Origin: a virus
Taxonomy: Duplodnaviria; Caudoviricetes
IMG/VR virus record: IMGVR_UViG_3300044733_002789
Coordinates: 1 to 26,751 of that record
Length of the DNA stretch: 26,751 bases
Strand: one strand, 5' to 3'
The position numbers and the translations under genes were made by a program. Positions 1-8,069 of this stretch are shown in pieces. Under the pieces are notes generated by a model that saw only the letters and a list, made by a program, of their open reading frames with translations, had not been told where the DNA came from and did no database searches. Within the stretch, counting starts at the first letter, position 1. Each line of letters opens with the position of its first letter.

Positions 1-333
1 GAGCGGCGCCTCGCGGGGGAGGATGTGTCAACTGAGCTATCCGCCGCCGCCTGGGCCGCCACCTGGGCCGCCGCGGGCTGGGGCGTCGCCTGGGCCGACA
101 CCGCCGCTGCCACCGCCGCCACCGCCACCGCCACCGCCACCGCCGCCACCGCCGCCGCCGACGCCGCCTGGGCCACCGCCGCCGCCGCCGCCGACGAACG
201 CGCCGTTGCCGCCGAACGCGCCGACCAGTTGGCCGACCTGCAAGCAGCCGCCCGCGCCGCCACGGGGAGCCGATGCGGGGCCATGGTGGAGGATTCCACG
301 GGGGGCGGGAATGCCGCTATCCTAAACGAATGA
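1..333 (+). CDS. C-terminal part of an Ala/Trp-rich helical phage protein (resembles Imm5-like 'AAAWAA' proteins); 5' end outside window
   Basis: Frame 1 is open from base 1: ERRLAGEDVSTELSAAAWAATWAAAGWGVAWADTAAA...DAAWATAAAAADERAVAAERADQLADL. It ends at TGA 331-333 and overlaps the tailspike 3' end by 12 nt. Family call is from recalled pattern only. Confidence 0.55.
   Translation, partial: ERRLAGEDVSTELSAAAWAATWAAAGWGVAWADTAAATAATATATATAATAAADAAWATAAAAADERAVAAERADQLADLQAAARAATGSRCGAMVEDSTGGGNAAILNE
41..215 (+). repeat. Low-complexity GCC/ACC/TGG triplet repeat
   Basis: Runs of gccgcc, accgcc and gcctgggcc; 51/60 G+C in 61-120. Confidence 0.85.
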
Positions 334-2430
334 AATAACTGGGAAGGTGCTAAAGCTTCTTGCCAAGCCACCTACTGTTGCTGTTGCAGTAACGCAGGGG
401 TGGGTAACAGAGATGGCAATCTCAACCTTCAGGCCGCCGTTGGCTGAGCTACTGGTGGTAATGGTTTGCCCGCCTGTGTTCTGCATAACGATTGGCGCTT
501 GGTCGGCATATCTGCCAACTACCACTTTGGTTGCAAGATTGAAACCAGCCACAGTAATTTCAGCAATGCAGGAACCATCGCTGCTATTAGAAACAAACTC
601 AAATATAACACTTGTGACCGCCCCGCTTTTGTAACCAAAGGCAACCGTATAGGGGTTTACAACTGGAAAGACATATGCGTTAATCGGCCAAGGACCACTA
701 GAGGGTGAAATGTAGGCAGGCTGCTCAAAAAAGTCGTTGACTATTGATGCCGTGTCAAAATTAATGCCAAACAATTTGGGCGCTGTATTCAGGTCAGTAC
801 TAAATCTATTGCCAGTAGACTTGCGAACACCTTGCAAAAGACTGTGCAACTGGAATGTTGCCGATCCATGCTCCGTAGCAGCAATAAAGACACGGTTGTT
901 AGTAAACTCACACTTAGGTGCCGTTATGTATAACCTGTAAGTTCCAGCGGACGATGTAGGCGCACGAAGCTGAATATCACATCTGTCAACGATTAGCGTT
1001 GGGTTTGCTTGGGCGTGTAGGATAGCATAGGCGGTAGGCTGCCTGGAGATGATGTGGCATCCATGTAACTCAGTTTGATTGTCATCATTTAAGGTGTAAC
1101 CTGGGTACAAAGCTACATCGTCAAAGCTGCATGAGTAGAAGCGGGTAAGGCGCGTTGCGGTTACAACTTGTGGGGCGCTGTTATTGGTGTTCTGAAACAG
1201 GCAGCCAAAAAACTGAACTGGATGCTGAACGGTGTCCCTGCTAGTTCCGACAAACTCAAACCCGTTGTTATCCTTAAAGCGACAGCCGATGAATGAGATG
1301 TCTCCGGTCGAATCGTTACCAGCAGCGTTCAGCGGAACCGTTGGGTTGTCATGTGCAAAGTTGGGTTCAATGTCAACTCCCGCCATAGGGCTATGGCCAC
1401 CGTAGGTCCCAGTGGTTCCCGTAAAACTAAAATCGCAGTTAGTGAAAGTAGCATGGCGAAGTTGAATGAGTGACATTCCCTGCCGACCGTTGTTGTTGAA
1501 GCGGCAGTTGCTGGCATAGACCTGGCGTGAAGCCTTGAACGCGGTGATCGGACCACTCATATCAACACGCAAACCATCCGTACAGCAATGGTGGATAAAC
1601 AAATCGCGCAGTGAAACCTGTGTGCAGCCATTCAAAACGACGCCATATGAAGCACCTTCGGCAGTTGCCTGTTTGACAATCGTGTTCGCGCCGCCATCGA
1701 CTTCGAGACCTTCTACCGTGAGGTTTGTGCAATCGGTAAAAACAAAGCCGATGCTGTTTGAATAGGAGAAGGTGAAACCGGACGAGCTGTAATCTGCTGT
1801 GCGCGTCCATCCACCTTTCATCACCAGCTTTGCGCCATAGCCACTAATGCAGACGTTGTTCAGGTTTTGCAGCGCAAAATCGACGATGCCGTTCGCGCTT
1901 GGGCCGCCGTCGATCTTGTACTGGTCGATGAAGTAACTGCCTTTGGGAAAGAACAGCGTCCCACCGCCTGCTGTCTGAAGTCGGGCTACGGCTTTCTTGA
2001 TGGCATTGTAATCGTCTGTGACGCCGTCCCCAACCGCTCCTAAATCCTTAACGGACACCACATCCTTGAGTTTGGAATCAACGGTTCTTGCCGTTGCACC
2101 AGTACCGCTTTGGGTAAACGACAGCTTGCTGGCTGCAATGCCAGCGGAAGCGTGCACATCATCGTCGACGATGATGCCGCCGCCCGACGGGATCAGGCCG
2201 AGGTTGGCGGTGTCCAGTTTGCCAATCGTGATCCAAGCATTGTTCGAGCTGTTGCGCTGCTTTAGCAGTGCTGGGCTGCTGCTGGTGTCCACCCAATACT
2301 GGTAGGCGAACGTCGTACTGGGGGCCGATGCGCCGCTGTTGCTGCTGACGATCGCCGCCAAGGCGTTGTTCAGGTCGGCTAGGACTGCCAAGCCCGAGGC
2401 GTCTGAAATTGTGTAATCGTGTTGGGCCAT
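322..2430 (-). CDS. Tailspike / receptor-binding protein with right-handed beta-helix (pectate-lyase-like, putative polysaccharide depolymerase)
   Basis: 702 aa directly after gpJ. N-terminal virion-attachment segment (MAQHDYTISDASG...), neck motif FTQSGTGATARTVDSKLKDVVSVKDLGAVGDGVTDD followed by GGGTLFFPKGSY, and beta-helix coils (NCRFNNNGRQGMSL, AGVDIEPN). Confidence 0.85.
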   Translation of the reverse strand: MAQHDYTISDASGLAVLADLNNALAAIVSSNSGASAPSTTFAYQYWVDTSSSPALLKQRNSSNNAWITIGKLDTANLGLIPSGGGIIVDDDVHASAGIAASKLSFTQSGTGATARTVDSKLKDVVSVKDLGAVGDGVTDDYNAIKKAVARLQTAGGGTLFFPKGSYFIDQYKIDGGPSANGIVDFALQNLNNVCISGYGAKLVMKGGWTRTADYSSSGFTFSYSNSIGFVFTDCTNLTVEGLEVDGGANTIVKQATAEGASYGVVLNGCTQVSLRDLFIHHCCTDGLRVDMSGPITAFKASRQVYASNCRFNNNGRQGMSLIQLRHATFTNCDFSFTGTTGTYGGHSPMAGVDIEPNFAHDNPTVPLNAAGNDSTGDISFIGCRFKDNNGFEFVGTSRDTVQHPVQFFGCLFQNTNNSAPQVVTATRLTRFYSCSFDDVALYPGYTLNDDNQTELHGCHIISRQPTAYAILHAQANPTLIVDRCDIQLRAPTSSAGTYRLYITAPKCEFTNNRVFIAATEHGSATFQLHSLLQGVRKSTGNRFSTDLNTAPKLFGINFDTASIVNDFFEQPAYISPSSGPWPINAYVFPVVNPYTVAFGYKSGAVTSVIFEFVSNSSDGSCIAEITVAGFNLATKVVVGRYADQAPIVMQNTGGQTITTSSSANGGLKVEIAISVTHPCVTATATVGGLARSFSTFPVISFV

Positions 2431-2436
2431 GGTTGC

Positions 2437-5400
2437 TTAGGGAATTTGACGGCCAAAGCCGATAGCGGTGTAACTAAATTGCCGCGCCACTGCGACGGCA
2501 GCGCTGTTTCTAAATGTAATGCTAAACCCGGCTCTGGTGATGCTTGCCGGGTCCAGAACCCAGTAATCCCCTGCCGCGAGGTTGTAGCCGGTAATCCCAA
2601 TATTTGGCGGTTCATAAAACGCTTCGGCAAACGTCACTGTCAACGCCGCCGCAGTGGTCAGCAGCGTGCCTGATTGCTCGATTCGCTGTTGCAGCTCCAT
2701 AACTGCCCCCAGCTCGTCAATGATGATGTTGCACGCCGGGTCGCTGCTGGTTGCGTAAGCCTTGAACTGGAAGGCCCGGCCCCTCACAATTCCATTAGCC
2801 AACCCGCTCCACTCGCTCCACTGGGGGGCGGTGTTCGGGTCATGCGGCGTTGAGCGCACCAGCAGCGCTGCATCCACATCTCCACCGGATGGGCCCGACC
2901 ATGACGACCAGCCGCCGACCAGGCCATGGCGAGCGCTAACCAGATTCAGCTGATTGAGCGGTCGAGTAACAAAGCGCCGTTGGATGTTTACATCAAATAC
3001 TCCGCCCATGTCATAGGTTGAGCCGAACTCATATTCTCCCCTGGCAGCAACCGGCTGAGTCAGGGAAGAGTCGCTTGAGCCGATAGACGCCACTGCAGCA
3101 ACGCTGGCATACGAACTGAACAGAACACCACTCCCCAGCACCAAAGCATCAAAAGCAGGGCTATATAGCATTTCAATAGCGTTGCCATTGAACGGCGGCG
3201 ATTCCTGATCCTCGGCGTATGTTTTCACCAGCAGCCTGGCCTGAGGCTGCGGCAGGTCGGCAACTACATAGGCGGTTCCAGCGGATTGGCGTCCGCCATC
3301 ATCTTCAAAGCGCAGCAGATAGCTACCCTCCAGCAACGGCACACGCGCTTGCACCTGGCCACCATTGGCCGTTGCAATGCCAATGGCCTCGCCCCATGCC
3401 GGGGTGTCGAGCCTGGGGCTGTGGCGGATCAGGACCTGCCCGCTCAACTTCACATCCAGGTCGAGAGCCTGATCCCAGGATAGGAGAGCAGTATCCGAGT
3501 CGACCGGCACTAGCGAGACGCCTGTTACATCAGTAGGTGGCGCTGTTTTGCCGTACGCGATAAACCGGAGCGCAGACGATTTGCCAGCCAGTAATCCGCG
3601 CAATCCCACGACCGTGATCTCGTAGGTGCCGGTCGCTGAATCTAATATCTCGCATGCAGGCGCTAGCGTGGTCTGCCTTTGCCAGTTGCCACCATTCAAC
3701 CGCCACTGCACACGATAGCCGCTGGCGTCGGCGACAGATGTCCAGCTAAGCTGAATTTTAGCTGCTGCTCTGCCCTGCAATTCGTAGATCACTTCTATGC
3801 CGGTCAGGTTTCCCGGAGCGGCGGGACGTATATTCAGGTCAGTAATATCGCGCGGTTCTAGCGCCCATCCGTATTCAATATTATTGAATACGGATGGGTC
3901 GTGGGCCATGGCGCCGATCTCATAATCCACGCCATTTGTTTCGCTAACGCCCAGCACCCGCCAGAGCGATTCTCTGACGGCAGTGGTCTCGAATTGCCAG
4001 ATGCCATTCGGCATCGGTGCAGACGAAAACCCCGGCGACACTGTGAACACATTGCCAGCAATGCCGGTGACCGGCCGGGTCTGGGCCGTGCTGTCGTTGA
4101 GCTGCACGGACAGGGTGGGGCTGTTGGTGGCCGTCAGGCCCGCGGCGCTGTCGACAGTGATGGAGGTGGTAGTGGCCGCAGCGATCCGCCCCCCTCGGCG
4201 GCTGCCTGCGCGTACTGGATCGGCGATGCCGATCACCTGCCCTGGCCTGGCAATGGAGCCGATCGCCAGGCCTGTTGTCGCCCCCACCAGCTCCTTTTCT
4301 TCCCATTCAGTGTGCAGCAGCCATTTGCCCCAGCGGGCTGCCTGGCCCCTGCTGGTGCAGCCGACCGCCTCGGTCTCGGCTTTGACTACTCCATATTTAA
4401 TAATGGCATCCCTGCGCTCTACAAGCTCGTAGTCGTAGTCTTGGATGTCATTATTAAAGAATTTTACCACTGCAATAGTAGGCCGCTTACGTAAGCGGCT
4501 GCCTGAGTATTTGAAGCCCTCCGGTGACACGTTGGATGTGTTCAGCCTGAACGACACGTCTGCCGGCCTGTCCTGAGCAATAGTCATTGCGCTTTCCGAC
4601 AAGTAGGGCATCGCTCGCATAATCGAGCAAAAATCTTGAATTAGTTTATAGGCGTCGGCGGGCTGATCAATAACCATATTGACAGCAAACCTAGGCTCCC
4701 AGCCACCAAAGCCATCAGGAATCAATTGAGCGCTATATTGGCTAGCGGCAAAAAAAGCCCACCTATCTAGCTGGCTGGCGTCTATGTGATCGCCAAAGCC
4801 ATAGGGCTGCGTCAGTAGATCCCAGAGGCACCAGGCTGGATCTGTCGTCCACTGCGCCGCGCCAAAAGTTCCGTCCCATACGCCGCTATAGATCAAGCGC
4901 CCGTTGCTCGGATCAACTGCTGCGTTGCTGGGAATTTTTACCTCTAGGCCGTAAACGTCAAAGCTGCAAGTTGGAATACTATTGAACTGCTCAGCGCTTA
5001 GCCTGATTCCAGCGTGCGCAAAACCTGGATACGCTAGCTTAGCGTAGGTAATAGGGCTGTAGGTACTCCATACAAGTTGATTAAATAGATTGTTGCTGTT
5101 GCTGTCTGGGGTGACGCGCGACACCCGAATATCCACGGGGAACGCGCCAGTAATGGCGACCTGCACTTGCCGCTGATAGCCTTGCCTGGTGCGACCGCTG
5201 ATCACATCGTCTACCACAGTAGTATAACCACCGCCGTTATACTGAATAGCAACGCGATAGTTTATGCTTGTCGTTAGGATGTCGTTTTTGTCTGTGTATT
5301 CTTCCAGTCGCGGCACGGTAATGGTTAGCCGCACGGCGTTAGCGGTAGCGTCCGTGACCGTTCTGGTAATCGGCGTAGATTGAGCGACCGCTACGCCAAC

Positions 5401-5718
5401 CGAGAAGGGCCCAGCCGCTACAGCATCAAAGCCGGGGATGTAGCCTTGGTCTTGCGCACCGTCGCGAAATGTGACAGCAACGTTTTCAAAATTAAAGCTA
5501 CCGTCTGGATTTTGCAGCGGTGTTTTGTTGAAGTAAATAGACTGAAGGCCATTGACTAGCCCCTTGATTTTGCCGGCGCCTAATATGTGAAGCGTCTTTG
5601 CATAGCTGTCAGAGAACAGGCTTTCAGTATCTTGGCGGGGTACGTACTGTTGTGGCTGAGCTGTTGCACCGCCGCCCTTGCCACCGCCGCCGCCGCCGCT
5701 ACCGCCGCTAATGATCAT
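2437..5718 (-). CDS. Tail tip / central host-specificity protein, lambda gpJ-like
   Basis: 1093 aa with gpJ-type motifs (GKIKGLVNGLQSIYFNKTP, YSGVWDGTF, WTTDPAWCLWDLLT, EPRFAVN, GCTSRGQAARWGKW) and FN3-like segments; follows gpI. Confidence 0.93.
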   Translation of the reverse strand: MIISGGSGGGGGGKGGGATAQPQQYVPRQDTESLFSDSYAKTLHILGAGKIKGLVNGLQSIYFNKTPLQNPDGSFNFENVAVTFRDGAQDQGYIPGFDAVAAGPFSVGVAVAQSTPITRTVTDATANAVRLTITVPRLEEYTDKNDILTTSINYRVAIQYNGGGYTTVVDDVISGRTRQGYQRQVQVAITGAFPVDIRVSRVTPDSNSNNLFNQLVWSTYSPITYAKLAYPGFAHAGIRLSAEQFNSIPTCSFDVYGLEVKIPSNAAVDPSNGRLIYSGVWDGTFGAAQWTTDPAWCLWDLLTQPYGFGDHIDASQLDRWAFFAASQYSAQLIPDGFGGWEPRFAVNMVIDQPADAYKLIQDFCSIMRAMPYLSESAMTIAQDRPADVSFRLNTSNVSPEGFKYSGSRLRKRPTIAVVKFFNNDIQDYDYELVERRDAIIKYGVVKAETEAVGCTSRGQAARWGKWLLHTEWEEKELVGATTGLAIGSIARPGQVIGIADPVRAGSRRGGRIAAATTTSITVDSAAGLTATNSPTLSVQLNDSTAQTRPVTGIAGNVFTVSPGFSSAPMPNGIWQFETTAVRESLWRVLGVSETNGVDYEIGAMAHDPSVFNNIEYGWALEPRDITDLNIRPAAPGNLTGIEVIYELQGRAAAKIQLSWTSVADASGYRVQWRLNGGNWQRQTTLAPACEILDSATGTYEITVVGLRGLLAGKSSALRFIAYGKTAPPTDVTGVSLVPVDSDTALLSWDQALDLDVKLSGQVLIRHSPRLDTPAWGEAIGIATANGGQVQARVPLLEGSYLLRFEDDGGRQSAGTAYVVADLPQPQARLLVKTYAEDQESPPFNGNAIEMLYSPAFDALVLGSGVLFSSYASVAAVASIGSSDSSLTQPVAARGEYEFGSTYDMGGVFDVNIQRRFVTRPLNQLNLVSARHGLVGGWSSWSGPSGGDVDAALLVRSTPHDPNTAPQWSEWSGLANGIVRGRAFQFKAYATSSDPACNIIIDELGAVMELQQRIEQSGTLLTTAAALTVTFAEAFYEPPNIGITGYNLAAGDYWVLDPASITRAGFSITFRNSAAVAVARQFSYTAIGFGRQIP

Positions 5719-6317
5719 CCCAGAACCTGCACTACGTCAATTTCTTGGCTTACTATGTTAGAGCCAACTACGCGGCGCCCGTATATCAGCGCTGCCGATA
5801 ATCCGAGGCGAGTATTATTCTGGATCCCCGAGAAGCTGTAGGTTTTGCGGGGGTCCTTCGCTTCGTCTGTCTGCCCCTGGTTGCCACCTGCATCAAATCT
5901 GGGCACCGGCGTCAGCAGCTGGGCAACGCCGCCTAGGGCCAGGCTTGCGCCAAGTCCCGTTGTATAAGCAAAGAGCCCGATGTTTTTAGCAAATGCAGCG
6001 CCCAAAAAGCCAGCTCCGCTTGCAAACGACAGCGCAATCAACGCCACTCCCGCAATAATTCTCCCCACGGCCCCAGCCCCGCCGATCACCGGTACGATGC
6101 TGATCTCCTGAGCCCCTGCGGGTTCCTGTAGCTCATCCTCGCCAATCGCCCTGGGGCCCACCTTCACCCGGTAGCGCTGGTCGTTCATGTGCCCCTCTAT
6201 CTGGGGGAAATTGGCATGTAAAAACCTCATCGCCTCCGCAGCGCTAGCCACCTCCGCCCGGAACACCCGGCGGCCCAGGAACTTTGCCAGCTTGCCGTAG
6301 ACGCGAATCGTTCTCAT
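5715..6317 (-). CDS. Tail assembly protein, lambda gpI-like
   Basis: MRTIRVYGKLAKFLG, ISIVPVIGGAG, hydrophobic middle, LALGGVAQLLTP, YSFSGIQN, IYGRRVVGS. Confidence 0.92.
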   Translation of the reverse strand: MRTIRVYGKLAKFLGRRVFRAEVASAAEAMRFLHANFPQIEGHMNDQRYRVKVGPRAIGEDELQEPAGAQEISIVPVIGGAGAVGRIIAGVALIALSFASGAGFLGAAFAKNIGLFAYTTGLGASLALGGVAQLLTPVPRFDAGGNQGQTDEAKDPRKTYSFSGIQNNTRLGLSAALIYGRRVVGSNIVSQEIDVVQVLG

Positions 6318-7045
6318 GGCCTCAGTCTACCGATCCAGCCGGTGGCTTTCTGCAGATAGTCGCCGTAGAGATCCCGACTCGACAGCCGCCCCCGCAGGTG
6401 ATGGAGCACCTGCTGCTCGCCCAGGTAGATGCCGATGTGGTTGAGCTGCGTGTTGCGGATGGCCATGAATATCGCATCGCCTTCCTGCAGGTCGGCGAAC
6501 TCAACCCGCTCGAAGCCGGCGGCAGCCCAGTTCTGAGCGAACAGCGGCGCCGCCTCGAACTCGGCAGGCGTAGTTGGTCGATCGAAATCAGGCAGCTCGA
6601 TGCCGCGCTCCTGTCGATACCAGTCGCGAGCCAGAGTCCAGCAGTCGTGAACGCCCCAGATCCACAGGCGCCCGATCAGCGGCGCCCTAAACCCACAGGG
6701 CTCGCACTGGGCCCACTCCGCAGTCTTGGGATTGACGATCAGCCAAGGCAGGCCAGATTTCTCGCACGCGGCGCGGTCGTCGTCGTGGGGCCCAGGTGGC
6801 GTGCACGGGTGCGAATGGAACACGGCCACTACCTCGCCAGCATCCTCAGCTGCCTGGTAATCGTCCGGGTCGAGGATGAACATCAGACCCGGGTCGTCGC
6901 CGTCAGCGCCCTCGGCGGCATTTCGGCAGGGCCGGTAGCGTTGCCTGCCCTTCACGATCACCACCAGCCCGCAGGCCTCGCGGGGGTCATCCTGCTGGGC
7001 GTGGGCCAAAGCTGCGGATTTGATTGCGTCGTCGATGTAGATCAT
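6314..7045 (-). CDS. Tail assembly protein, lambda gpK-like (JAB/MPN + NlpC/P60)
   Basis: PREACGL and HSHP...DD (JAB); GVHDCW, NHIGIY, LHH (NlpC/P60). Confidence 0.93.
   Translation of the reverse strand: MIYIDDAIKSAALAHAQQDDPREACGLVVIVKGRQRYRPCRNAAEGADGDDPGLMFILDPDDYQAAEDAGEVVAVFHSHPCTPPGPHDDDRAACEKSGLPWLIVNPKTAEWAQCEPCGFRAPLIGRLWIWGVHDCWTLARDWYRQERGIELPDFDRPTTPAEFEAAPLFAQNWAAAGFERVEFADLQEGDAIFMAIRNTQLNHIGIYLGEQQVLHHLRGRLSSRDLYGDYLQKATGWIGRLRP
6315..6329 (-). promoter_or_regulatory. TAGACT-GAGGCC-ATG motif (putative -10 / leaderless start) before gpI
   Basis: Same arrangement recurs at 16718-16732 and 24227-24241. Confidence 0.55.
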
Positions 7046-7734
7046 GCGTAGCTAGTGCCAGCGCCAGGGAATCCGCCAAACGGTAGCTGGTTGTTGGCGC
7101 CCCAGTTGTTCTTACAATCCGATAGGCGCTTCCCGCAGTTAGGTGCAAACTGGCATTGAGTCGTGCTGGTCCACTGGCATAGCGTAACCATCTGGAACCG
7201 TGGTGCACGCACCGTGGAAAGGTCAAATGTGGCGCACAGCTCAAACTCAACTACCTCCCTGGTCTCCGCCTTTTTTTGATCTACCCAGTACACCTGTCTG
7301 GGATACTCGTAGGTGGGATCTGGTGTGCCCCAGGGGTTGACATTGCCTGGGAAGTTCACTGCATCGAGATGCCTGGCGTGGACCCGCAGGCGGCTGACCT
7401 GCGCCCCCTCTAGCCCGTTGGGCAGGCTGAGCAGTAGGCCGCTGATCAGGCCACCCGCAAACGGGTTATTGATGGTCAGCGGAATATTGGCGACCCGTAG
7501 CGTGGGGCGCGGCAGTGATCCGGTGCCGGTCAGGGCAAACCCCTCAGCCTCTATAGGCAGCGCTTCGTAGGTGTTGCCGGCCCACACTACGTCGCCGGTC
7601 TGTTTCGCGTTGATGCCGGCATGAAATCGATAGACCTGATTGACGCCGTGAATAGCCGCAAACAGCTGCAGCTCAAATAGCTCAATCAGAGCGGATGGGG
7701 CCGGGAGTTGCGCCTCGGCAAAGGGGATTGGCAT
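7042..7734 (-). CDS. Minor tail protein, lambda gpL-like (C-terminal 4-Cys cluster)
   Basis: LIELFEL, PIEAEGF, LPRPTLRVAN, VEFEL, CQW...C...CGKRLSDC, LPFGGFPG. Confidence 0.92.
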   Translation of the reverse strand: MPIPFAEAQLPAPSALIELFELQLFAAIHGVNQVYRFHAGINAKQTGDVVWAGNTYEALPIEAEGFALTGTGSLPRPTLRVANIPLTINNPFAGGLISGLLLSLPNGLEGAQVSRLRVHARHLDAVNFPGNVNPWGTPDPTYEYPRQVYWVDQKKAETREVVEFELCATFDLSTVRAPRFQMVTLCQWTSTTQCQFAPNCGKRLSDCKNNWGANNQLPFGGFPGAGTSYA

Positions 7735-8069
7735 TATAATTCAAACACCTGGATAAAGGTGGCCGTGATTTGATTGTTATTAAAATTGCTGTAGGTTACT
7801 TTCCATTCTGGGCATATGAATTTGCCAGCGCTGCCCCATGGCGGTGTCCAGCCAAATGACTCAGCGCCGCCCCTGGCGTCTAGAAATGCTTCAATCTGAT
7901 CGCGCTCGGTGTTGCTGCGATTTTTGAATTGCAATGGATAAATTTTAGGGTTTGCATTAAGCCCCATTTTGATCCGCTGGCTATAGCCATCTCCAAATTT
8001 GTGTTCGTAGACAGCTGGCTTGCTTTCCTTGGGAAGATCAAAATCTGGTGTCCAGGTGAAGGTAGCCAT
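7734..8069 (-). CDS. Minor tail (distal tail) protein, lambda gpM-like
   Basis: MATFTWTPD, FGDGYSQR, GLN, IEAFLDARGGAESFGWTPP, TATFIQVFE. Confidence 0.93.
   Translation of the reverse strand: MATFTWTPDFDLPKESKPAVYEHKFGDGYSQRIKMGLNANPKIYPLQFKNRSNTERDQIEAFLDARGGAESFGWTPPWGSAGKFICPEWKVTYSNFNNNQITATFIQVFEL

Noticed and set aside
23-325. Poly-Pro ORF (+) and poly-Gly ORF (37-243, -)
   Set aside because: Shadow frames of the GCC-rich repeat; the Ala/Trp frame is open from base 1 and looks more like a real protein.
322-2430. Diversity-generating retroelement acting on the tailspike
   Set aside because: No reverse transcriptase and no template/variable repeat pair for the spike was seen in the window; elements outside the window cannot be excluded.
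5667-5710. GCC microsatellite at the gpJ start as a phase-variation site
   Set aside because: Encodes the ordinary Gly-rich N-terminus (GGGGKGGG) of gpJ-like proteins, and triplet changes would not shift the frame.
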